Part shown: positions 1-6,449 of the stretch, piece by piece
Layout of the letters: each line of letters starts with the position of its first letter
How positions within the stretch are numbered: position 1 is the first letter of the stretch
Assembly (NCBI GenBank): GCA_001192655.1
Contig: BBVC01000120.1
Coordinates: 1-6,510, forward strand
Source of the DNA: Caedimonas varicaedens
GTDB taxonomy: Bacteria; Pseudomonadota; Alphaproteobacteria; Caedimonadales; Caedimonadaceae
DNA length: 6,510 nucleotides
Direction of reading: 5' to 3'
Notes under the pieces: model-generated
What the model saw: the letters and a program-made list of their open reading frames with translations, nothing else
What the model was told of the DNA's origin: nothing
The model's database searches: none
Made by a program: the position numbers and the translations under genes

Positions 1-63
1 ACTCAAATTTTTCTTCTTTTTTACAGATAAAACACGAAGTCTAAAATCTAATGAATAGGTCAT
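1..63 (-). mobile_element. 5' end of an IS630/Tc1-mariner-like transposase ORF (N-terminal helix-turn-helix region), truncated by the window edge
   Basis: I reverse-complemented 1..63 by hand. ATG (61..63) is followed by MTYSLDFRLRVLSVKKKKNLS, open to the window edge. An SD-like AAGAGGA (forward tcctctt, 71..77) sits 7 nt upstream of the ATG. The M-x-YSLDFR-x-[KR]-V-[LI] opening matches what I recall of IS630-family transposases common in Rickettsiales-like genomes. Only 21 residues are visible, and no terminal inverted repeat could be identified. Confidence 0.45.
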
Positions 64-148
64 GGAATAATCCTCTTAAAAATTATCCATAATATAACCA
101 TTTTAAAGGTTTTTAGCTATATCGTATATAATGGACTTAGGAATTTAT

Positions 149-2620
149 TCAAGAAATAAGTTCTTTGCGAGAAGGAATTTTGAGGAAGAAACTACTTTTT
201 ATTCGCTGTAGATTTTTTGCTCGTCTTTTTTTACCGGGTGAAGATTTACCTCGCGGTTTTTTCTCTGATGGTTCTGCTAAAAGTTCCAGGGCGCGTTCTA
301 AAGTGATTTCTAAAACGTTGTCATTCTTGCCAATGGATTTAAAGCGGTCTTCATGTTTGATATAAGGGCCAAAGCGTCCAATTGCCGCTGTAATAGGCTT
401 GCCTGTTTCTGGATGCTGTCCTACAAGCCTTGGCAAGGCACCCAAGGAAAGCGCTTGTTCCAAGGTACACTCTGATGCAGAAATTCCTTTGGGAAGTGCA
501 ACGCGCTTGGGTTTTGGCGCCGCCGCTTTTTTCTTGCTTTTGACAGGTGTGGCAGGAGTCGCAGGAGATTCGCCCCCATCCCACTGCAGGTAAAAGCCAT
601 AAGGACCTTTTTTTACACTGATCATTGCTTTTGTTTCAGGGTCTATCCCGAGGGTTTTTGTTTCAAAAGTTTCTTGAATCGACGATTCTTCCTTTTCGTC
701 GGAAGAGTGTGCAAGGACACGCCGTGTATAAGCGCATGACGGATAATTGCTGCATCCTACAAAGGCGCCCCATTTCCCCAATTTCAAACTAAGACGACCA
801 TTCGCGCATTGAGGGCATTTTCGTACGTTTTCTCCTTCTTTGGCTTGGGGGAAAATAAAACATTCCAGATCATGATCGATACGCTCAATAACATCAGAAA
901 TTTTTAAATCATTGGCTTGTGTGATGGCATGATTGAAGGATTTCCAGAAATCTTCCATGACTTTAAGCCATTCAAGCTTTCCCTCCGAAATATCATCCAA
1001 TTGTTCTTCCAGATGAGCAGTAAAGTCATATTCCACATATTTTTTGAAAAAGCTTGTCAGGAAAGCAGTGACAAGTCGTCCCAACGCTTCTGGCAGCAAG
1101 CGTTTTTTGTCAAGAGTGACGTACTTGCGCTCGATCAGTGTTGACATAATGGAAGCATAGGTTGAAGGACGTCCGATCCCTAGTTCCTCAAGCTTTTTTA
1201 CAAGACTGGCTTCTGAATAGCGGGGCGGGGGCTGAGTAAAATGCTGAGAAGGTGTAACCTGATGTAAATTCAGGATTTCTCCTATTTCAAGAGTAGGAAG
1301 TAAACGGTCTTCTTCAGAAACTTCGTCATCACGCCCTTCCTCATAAAGTTTCAAGAAACCATCAAAGGCAAGAGTTGATCCTGTGGAACGCAAAATAACG
1401 CTTTTGGCAGGATTGGCAATATCGATGCTGACCTGATCAAGCAGGGCATTCTCCATTTGTGAAGCTGTCATCCGTTTCCAAATCAACTCATAAAGCTTGA
1501 ACTGATCGTCATCGAGAAACTTTTTGACTCTCTCGGGACTTCGATTCATTTCTGTTGGTCGAATGCCTTCATGGGCTTCCTGAGCATTCTTTGCCTTGCT
1601 TTTATAGGTGCGTGGTGCAGAAGGAAGATAGCGCTTGCCGAAGTTTTGCTCGATCCATTGACGTGTCGCCGTTACAGCTTCCAGAGAAATATTGACACTG
1701 TCTGTACGCATATAAGTGATCAAGCCGATGGACTCTTCACTCAAATTGATACCTTCATAAAGACGCTGGGCAATTTGCATAGTTTTGCGTGCGCTGTAAC
1801 CTAATTTGCGAGACGCTTCCTGTTGTAGGGTAGATGTTGTAAAAGGGGGAGCAGGATATCGTTTAACTTGCTTTTTCTCGATGTCCAAAACGGTATAGCG
1901 ATATTGTTCAATTTCTTTTTTAGCAGCTGTGGCTTGTGCTTGTGTGCCAATATCAAACTTTTCAAGCTTTTTTCCCTTCAGATGGGTGAGTCTGCTGAAA
2001 ATAACTTTTTTGGGTTGGCCATGAAATTCAGTGCTTATTGTCCAGTATTCCTGTGACTTGAAAACTTCAATTTCTGATTCTCGTTCGGCGATCAGGCGAA
2101 GGGCAACCGATTGAACGCGTCCCGCAGACTTACTGCCGGGAAGTTTGCGCCAAAGAACAGGAGAAAGCGTAAAACCAACAAGATAATCTAAAGCTCGCCG
2201 TGTCAGATAGGCCTCGACCAATTCCTGATTCAGATCACGGGGCTGCGCCATGGCTGCCAGGACGGCACGCTTGGTAATTTCATGAAAAACCACACGTTTA
2301 ACCTCAATATTATTGAGGATCTTTTGTTGGTTCAGGACTTCTCTGACGTGCCATGAAATCGCTTCTCCTTCCCGGTCAGGGTCGGTCGCCAGAAAAAGTT
2401 GATCCGCTCCTTTGAGAGCTTTAACGATTTCATCGATATGTTTTCTGGATTGCGGCTCTGTTTCCCAAATCATTCGGAAATGCTCTTCTGGGTCAACAGA
2501 TCCATTTTTGGAAGGCAAATCACGGACATGACCATAGCTAGCAACGACACGGTAGTCAGCGCCTAAATATTTATTGATAGTTTTCGCTTTCGAGGGCGAT
2601 TCTACGATAACAACTTTCAT
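149..2620 (-). CDS. topA: DNA topoisomerase I (type IA)
   Basis: 823-aa ORF with an ATG start at 2618..2620 and a TGA stop at 149..151. The Toprim N-terminus is present (MKVVIVESPSKAKTI with the acidic Glu, and DPDREGE). The catalytic tyrosine motif GLITYMRTDS places Tyr303 at codon 1712..1714. There is one C4 zinc ribbon (CPQC...CSNYPSC), followed by two Cys-less C-terminal repeats (GPYGFYLQW, GRFGPYIKH) and a Lys/Arg-rich tail. Confidence 0.97.
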   Translation of the reverse strand: MKVVIVESPSKAKTINKYLGADYRVVASYGHVRDLPSKNGSVDPEEHFRMIWETEPQSRKHIDEIVKALKGADQLFLATDPDREGEAISWHVREVLNQQKILNNIEVKRVVFHEITKRAVLAAMAQPRDLNQELVEAYLTRRALDYLVGFTLSPVLWRKLPGSKSAGRVQSVALRLIAERESEIEVFKSQEYWTISTEFHGQPKKVIFSRLTHLKGKKLEKFDIGTQAQATAAKKEIEQYRYTVLDIEKKQVKRYPAPPFTTSTLQQEASRKLGYSARKTMQIAQRLYEGINLSEESIGLITYMRTDSVNISLEAVTATRQWIEQNFGKRYLPSAPRTYKSKAKNAQEAHEGIRPTEMNRSPERVKKFLDDDQFKLYELIWKRMTASQMENALLDQVSIDIANPAKSVILRSTGSTLAFDGFLKLYEEGRDDEVSEEDRLLPTLEIGEILNLHQVTPSQHFTQPPPRYSEASLVKKLEELGIGRPSTYASIMSTLIERKYVTLDKKRLLPEALGRLVTAFLTSFFKKYVEYDFTAHLEEQLDDISEGKLEWLKVMEDFWKSFNHAITQANDLKISDVIERIDHDLECFIFPQAKEGENVRKCPQCANGRLSLKLGKWGAFVGCSNYPSCAYTRRVLAHSSDEKEESSIQETFETKTLGIDPETKAMISVKKGPYGFYLQWDGGESPATPATPVKSKKKAAAPKPKRVALPKGISASECTLEQALSLGALPRLVGQHPETGKPITAAIGRFGPYIKHEDRFKSIGKNDNVLEITLERALELLAEPSEKKPRGKSSPGKKRRAKNLQRIKSSFFLKIPSRKELIS

Positions 2621-2656
2621 GGGTACTTTCTATAAATAGAAATTATTAATATTTAA

Positions 2657-3802
2657 TTACGTGTCCCCACGCAAGGAAACTTGATGACCAGCATGTCGAT
2701 TTAATCGGCCGGCAAGCTCCAGTTCCAGCAATACCATTGTGACAATGGCGTGAGAAAAATGGCATCCCCGTATCAATTCGTCAACCTGAATTGGTGTAAA
2801 ACTCAAATTTTCCAAAATAACCTGTCGAGCCTGATGCAATGTTTGATTAAATTCCTGCGACGTAATTTCATTGAAGGAGGGTGAGTTTTCTTTTTGCTCT
2901 CTATAAGAAGGATGAAATGGTTTTTCCAATCCCTGCAAGATATCTTGCGTGAATTGGACTAAGGCGGCACCCTGCCGAATAAGATGATTCGTCCCGTGAC
3001 AGCGGGGGTCGAGAGGAGAGCCGGGAATAGCAAAAACTTCTCTGCCCTGTTCCAGCGCGAATCTTGCGGTAATCAGCGACCCTGACTTCATCGCAGCTTC
3101 TACAATCACAACACCCAGGCTCAGTCCAGAAATCAGGCGATTGCGGCGAGGGAAAGAGGAAGCCTGGGGAATTGTGCCAAAAGGAGCTTCGGCAATCAGG
3201 ACGCCCTTGTCCGAAATTTCATCATAAAGATTTTTATTTTCAGGGGGATAAATATGATCAATGCCCCCCGCCAGAACAGCGATTGTCCCTGACAACATGC
3301 TGCCTTCGTGGGCGGCAGTATCAATGCCTCGCGCCATTCCAGAAACAACATTATATCCTTGTTTTCCAAGCTCTCGCGCATAGGATTGAGCTAATTTTTT
3401 CCCGTTTAGTGAGGCATTGCGTGCGCCGACAATGCCAACACCCTGTTTGGAAAGAGAGGCGATTTGACCTTTAACGCTTACAAGAGGGGGAGGATCATGA
3501 ATATTTTTAAGAATATCGGGGTAAGCTGAGTCGGTCAGAGAGAGAAGCTGTCCTCCAAATTTTGTTAATGCTTCCAATTCCCGCTCTGCTTCGCTGATAG
3601 AGCAAATATGCAACGCTTGTCTTCGCCCTCCTCGTTGTGCCCATTCGGGTAAAGCCTCGAGAGCCGTTTCGGCAGAAGAATAGAGAGAAAGTAATTGACG
3701 GAAACTGACAGGGCCAACATTTTCAGATCGACTTAACCGCAGCCAGGAAATAAGAGTTTGGTCAGAAGAATTAACGGGGATTTTTTTGGGTAAAGAGATC
3801 AA
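2657..3802 (-). CDS. dprA: DNA processing protein DprA/Smf
   Basis: 381-aa ORF. It shows the DprA Rossmann-like core motifs (GIVGARNAS, SGMARGIDTAAHEG, AVLAGGIDHIYPPEN, FPRRNRLISGLS, VVEAAMKSGSLITA, GREVFAIPGSPLD). A C-terminal winged-helix-like tail is present (IQVDELI...VLLELELAGRL). The start codon at 3800..3802 is TTG (forward caa). It is supported by GGAG (forward ctcc, 3810..3813) 7 nt upstream. There is no in-frame ATG near the N-terminus. Confidence 0.92.
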   Translation of the reverse strand: MISLPKKIPVNSSDQTLISWLRLSRSENVGPVSFRQLLSLYSSAETALEALPEWAQRGGRRQALHICSISEAERELEALTKFGGQLLSLTDSAYPDILKNIHDPPPLVSVKGQIASLSKQGVGIVGARNASLNGKKLAQSYARELGKQGYNVVSGMARGIDTAAHEGSMLSGTIAVLAGGIDHIYPPENKNLYDEISDKGVLIAEAPFGTIPQASSFPRRNRLISGLSLGVVIVEAAMKSGSLITARFALEQGREVFAIPGSPLDPRCHGTNHLIRQGAALVQFTQDILQGLEKPFHPSYREQKENSPSFNEITSQEFNQTLHQARQVILENLSFTPIQVDELIRGCHFSHAIVTMVLLELELAGRLNRHAGHQVSLRGDT

Positions 3803-4379
3803 TGCGAGACTCCGTGCCTTGACAAAGGCGACTGATATTATCTTTATGTTTATAGATAACCAGGCTACTTATGGCGAAACTCCAAACCATGAGAGAAAAG
3901 CCTGAAAGAAAGTAAGCATAAAAAGGGAGCAGGACTGTGGCGATCAAAGCAGCAAGAGCAGACCTTCGTGTCAGAAAAATTGTGATGACCCACAGTGCAA
4001 TCGCCGTAATGCCGACAAGAGGAGCCACTACAAGAAGACAGCCTGCTGATGTTGCCACTCCTTTCCCACCCCTGAAATATAAAAAAAGCGGATAGAGATG
4101 TCCAAGAACAGCAGCAGCAGCGATAATCAACTCATTTTCAGTGGTAGGGACTGTGGCATTAAAGCGATAAATCAGGACAGCCAGAGATCCTTTTAAAGCA
4201 TCCAGGATGAATGTAAGAACAGCCAACAGAATATGTCCTGATCTCAAAACATTCGTGGCACCAATATTACCTGATCCTATTGTGCGTACATCAATGCCCG
4301 TCATAAACTTTGTTAAAATCAGACCAAAAGGAATTGATCCCAGGATATAACCAAGTAAAATCATAAGGGATAAAGTCAA
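3771..4379 (-). CDS. plsY: Glycerol-3-phosphate acyltransferase PlsY (acyl-phosphate dependent)
   Basis: 202-aa polytopic membrane protein with the PlsY motifs GSIPFG, GSGNIGATNVLR, DALKG, GGKGVATS and HKDNISRL. The start as listed is TTG at 4377..4379, with AAGGA (forward tcctt, 4389..4393) 9 nt upstream. An alternative ATG at 4362..4364 (MILLGYILGSIPFG, 197 aa) has no SD. Confidence 0.92.
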   Translation of the reverse strand: MTLSLMILLGYILGSIPFGLILTKFMTGIDVRTIGSGNIGATNVLRSGHILLAVLTFILDALKGSLAVLIYRFNATVPTTENELIIAAAAVLGHLYPLFLYFRGGKGVATSAGCLLVVAPLVGITAIALWVITIFLTRRSALAALIATVLLPFYAYFLSGFSLMVWSFAISSLVIYKHKDNISRLCQGTESRIDLFTQKNPR

Positions 4380-5149
4380 GGGGTATTATCCTTTCGTTGA
4401 CGGCAAGCCTCATAAAAAGCAACAGTTGCTGCATTCGATACATTTAATGTGCTAAATTTTTTCGTTGTCGGCAACTGAATTAAAAGATCGCAGCGTTCGC
4501 GCGTCAGTCGACGTAGTCCTTCGCCTTCACTGCCAAGAACAAGATTGATGCGCCCTGTCAGGTCACTTCCTGTTAATTTTTTTTCTCCTCTTTCATCAAA
4601 CCCCAGGTTCCAAAAACCGGCGTGACGCAATTGTTCTAGCGTATGCGCAAGATTAACGACATAAATGAGTAAGATATGTTCAAGAGCACCAGAAGCTGAT
4701 TTATAGAAGATAGCGCTTGTTTCGCAAGGTGTATGACGATCCGGCATAATAAGCGCCTGAATGCCGAAAGCAGCAGCAGAGCGTGCAATAGCGCCCAGGT
4801 TCTGGGGGTCTGTAATCTGATCGAGTGTGGCAATTGTGATGTCAGGTGCGTCATTTTGTAAAATTTTTTCAAGAGGTACATGCTCAAGAGGAAAAATTTG
4901 CAGGGCAATGCCCTGATGGACAGCATCCCCAGGAAAAATTTTTTGAAATTCAGCTTTGTCAACTTTATGACAGGTAAGGGTACGTTTCCCCAGAATAATT
5001 TCAATGGATCTATATATTTCATCAGAAAGGTAGATTAATTGGTTGCATCTGCGTTTGGGGTTTTCAAGCGCAGCATGTACAGCATGAAGTCCGTAAATCC
5101 AGAAAGCACCTGAGGAAGAAAGGGGTTTTTGTTTGGAAAACTTTTTCAT
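4376..5149 (-). CDS. rlmB: TrmH/SpoU-family RNA 2'-O-methyltransferase, RlmB-type (23S rRNA Gm2251 methyltransferase)
   Basis: 257-aa ORF with an ATG start at 5147..5149. An N-terminal substrate-binding-like segment is present (IYGLHAVHAALENP). The SPOUT motifs are LDQITDPQNLGAIARSAAAFG, LVLGSEGEGLRRLTRERCDLLIQLP and LNVSNAATVAFYE. The exact target nucleotide is inferred from family architecture only. Confidence 0.85.
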   Translation of the reverse strand: MKKFSKQKPLSSSGAFWIYGLHAVHAALENPKRRCNQLIYLSDEIYRSIEIILGKRTLTCHKVDKAEFQKIFPGDAVHQGIALQIFPLEHVPLEKILQNDAPDITIATLDQITDPQNLGAIARSAAAFGIQALIMPDRHTPCETSAIFYKSASGALEHILLIYVVNLAHTLEQLRHAGFWNLGFDERGEKKLTGSDLTGRINLVLGSEGEGLRRLTRERCDLLIQLPTTKKFSTLNVSNAATVAFYEACRQRKDNTP

Positions 5150-5160
5150 AACTCTATTGG

Positions 5161-6057
5161 TTAACTGGAATGAAGTGATTTTGCAAGTGTCGAAAAGCGT
5201 AAGTCCTCAATAAGCTGACTATTGAGGAAGCTTTCTTCGGGTTTTGTAAAATAAAGATGTGATTGGTGAGTAAAAAAATCATAAACGATGCTTTTGCAAG
5301 CAGGGAAAGGGAGCTTTTGTACATATTTTTCTAACTGGGGGACACCTCTGCATTTCCTTAATTTTTCATAATCCCCATTAAAATCGGAATAGCGAGCATA
5401 TTTGGTGTGATCTCTGAAAATCATTGGGCTAACATCGGCAGCATCAATTTTAAAGCCTTTGTTTACGAGGGAAACATAGACTAAATCCAGCAATGCTGAG
5501 TAATAACTAGAAAAAATAATGACTTTTGTTTCGGATCTTGCATGGGCAGGAAACTTGTCAAGAAGCCTGTTAAATCGGCCATTCATGAAACTGTCAAGAT
5601 CAACATGCATCAGACCATAAAAGTGAGATGTGGCGTTATCCAAAACAACCCCTATGCACTCAAAGATATTGTACATAGAGTATAAAGCGCTGGAAGAAAA
5701 TGGCTTTGATCGGAAAAAAGCTTTACCCTGGTCACAGTATTGCAACGAGGATAGAGTATCCAAGTCTATCTCTTGATATGTCAATCGGAGTATATGAGAG
5801 ATCTTTTGAGAGATGGGAGATAATTCTTTCAGAAAATAGGCGTCATCACATAAAACAAATTTTTGCCTGGGGAGAGATGGATTCTGCCTTGTCGAGTTCA
5901 TGTTTTGATCCAGAATGAGAAGACGAAATGTTGGATGTTTATGGTCAGCAACGTAATCTCCGGAATGATCGCTGCCATGAGCCAAAGAGCTGATAAACAG
6001 GATTATTAACATCAGGAGAGAGATTTCAAATTTTATCGATACACATTTATTTTTCAT
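5161..6057 (-). CDS. Hypothetical exported protein with a CheD-like Cys/His (glutamine deamidase-type) signature; function unknown
   Basis: A 298-aa open frame in AT-rich DNA with an ATG start at 6055..6057 and a TAA stop at 5161..5163, only 11 nt from the rlmB start. It has an N-terminal Sec-type signal peptide. The central segment EC(134)IGVVLDNATSHFYGLMH(151)VDLDS, then TKVIIFSS, then LVNKGFKIDAADVSPMIFRD, resemble the CheD core motifs as I recall them. No convincing SD is present; the nearest purine run, GAGAAG, is 12 nt from the ATG. The confidence value refers to this being a real CDS. The functional call is much weaker, about 0.35. Confidence 0.8.
   Translation of the reverse strand: MKNKCVSIKFEISLLMLIILFISSLAHGSDHSGDYVADHKHPTFRLLILDQNMNSTRQNPSLPRQKFVLCDDAYFLKELSPISQKISHILRLTYQEIDLDTLSSLQYCDQGKAFFRSKPFSSSALYSMYNIFECIGVVLDNATSHFYGLMHVDLDSFMNGRFNRLLDKFPAHARSETKVIIFSSYYSALLDLVYVSLVNKGFKIDAADVSPMIFRDHTKYARYSDFNGDYEKLRKCRGVPQLEKYVQKLPFPACKSIVYDFFTHQSHLYFTKPEESFLNSQLIEDLRFSTLAKSLHSS
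5974..6057 (-). other. Predicted Sec signal peptide of the 298-aa ORF (residues 1-28, cleavage after AHG)
   Basis: MKNKCVSIKFE forms a basic n-region, ISLLMLIILFISSL a hydrophobic h-region, and AHG|SD a small-residue c-region at -3/-1. There is no lipobox (no L-x-x-C before the cleavage site). A SignalP-type tool was not run, and an uncleaved membrane anchor cannot be excluded. Confidence 0.6.
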
Positions 6058-6176
6058 GACAGATTGAGGCTTCTCTTTTTCGAAAGTGGATAGCAGAAAG
6101 GATATCGTTAGGCAAGATCCAAGATCAAGTTCAAAACATAAAATATTCTTTCTATTCTTTCCCTGATCAATTCTGG

Positions 6177-6205
6177 TTGACTACATTCCAAAATACTGAT
6201 AGATG
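6177..6205 (+). promoter_or_regulatory. Candidate sigma70-type promoter for the tRNA-Tyr/tRNA-Gly transcript
   Basis: A -35 element TTGACT (6177..6182) is followed by a 17-nt spacer and then TAGATG (6200..6205). TG at 6197..6198 precedes it, making it extended -10-like (TGaTAGAT). A GC-containing stretch (GCCG) follows, and the tRNA starts at 6236. The -10 matches the consensus at only 3 of 6 positions, so this call is tentative. Confidence 0.3.
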
Positions 6206-6235
6206 CCGATTAGTTGGATGACAACTGTGCTCTGC

Positions 6236-6321
6236 GGAGGGATGGCCGAGCGGTCAAAGGCAGCAGACTGTAAATCTGCCGACGTATGTCTACGTAGGTT
6301 CAAATCCTACTCCCTCCACCA
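6236..6321 (+). tRNA. tRNA-Tyr (anticodon GTA), class II with long variable arm, CCA encoded
   Basis: I folded the cloverleaf by hand. The acceptor stem is GGAGGGA/TCCCTCC, with discriminator A and CCA at 6319..6321. The anticodon stem is GCAGA/TCTGC with loop CTGTAAA. The T arm is GTAGG-TTCAAAT-CCTAC, and there is a 14-nt variable region. The sequence is very similar to the E. coli tRNA-Tyr as I recall it. Confidence 0.95.
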
Positions 6322-6375
6322 CTCTTTTTCGGGTATAGTTAAGCAGGGCTTGATGGGAAACGTTTTTAGAGTTGG

Positions 6376-6449
6376 GCGGGTGTAGCTTAATGGTAAAGCC
6401 CCAGCCTTCCAAGCTGGCTACGAGGGTTCGATTCCCTTCACCCGCTCCA
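6376..6449 (+). tRNA. tRNA-Gly (anticodon TCC), CCA encoded
   Basis: The acceptor stem is GCGGGTG/CACCCGC, with discriminator T and CCA at 6447..6449. The D stem is GCTT/AAGC. The anticodon stem is CCAGC/GCTGG with loop CTTCCAA. The T arm is GAGGG-TTCGATT-CCCTT, with one G-T pair. Length is 74 nt. Confidence 0.95.

Noticed and set aside
64-148. Possible terminator or IS terminal inverted repeat between topA and the transposase start (for example AACC-N8-GGTT at about 95..110)
   Set aside because: There is only a 4-bp AT-poor stem and no flanking T-run on the relevant strand. No second IS end is in the window for comparison, so this is not supportable.
520-570. Short direct repeat GCAGGAG x2 inside topA (encoding PATPATP)
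   Set aside because: It is a trivial low-complexity linker repeat in the Pro/Lys/Ala-rich TopA C-terminal region. It is not an independent element.
165-2056. Six short ORFs on the listed track inside the topA footprint: five plus-strand (165..365, 399..593, 917..1144, 1571..1804, 1868..2056) and one minus-strand in another frame (351..584)
   Set aside because: All lie entirely within a topA gene that is strongly supported end to end. Their products are low-complexity with no recognisable motifs, and none has an SD that I could see. They are typical shadow ORFs.
3172-3474. ORFs 3172..3474 (+) and 3196..3381 (-) inside dprA
   Set aside because: They are embedded in the conserved DprA Rossmann core, either antisense or in another frame. 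Their translations are Cys/Arg/Gln-rich and not protein-like. No independent support exists.
4636-5022. 128-aa minus-strand ORF overlapping rlmB in an alternative frame
   Set aside because: The rlmB frame carries all the SPOUT motifs across this span. The alternative frame gives a Leu/Lys-rich sequence with no motif and is most simply a by-product of composition.
5700-5918. 72-aa plus-strand ORF antisense to the 298-aa ORF
   Set aside because: It is short, has no SD and no motifs, and is antisense to a longer ORF that has a coherent signal peptide and tight coupling to rlmB.
6058-6176. Candidate minus-strand promoters for the five-gene string (for example TTGATC...TATTTT and TTGAAC...TAACGA on the reverse complement)
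   Set aside because: Spacers are 18-19 nt or the -10 match is poor. I could not single out a convincing -35/-10 pair by eye, so no feature is reported.
6203-6385. 60-aa plus-strand ORF
   Set aside because: It reads straight through tRNA-Tyr and into tRNA-Gly. The GMAERSKAADCKS stretch is simply the translated tRNA. It is not a gene.
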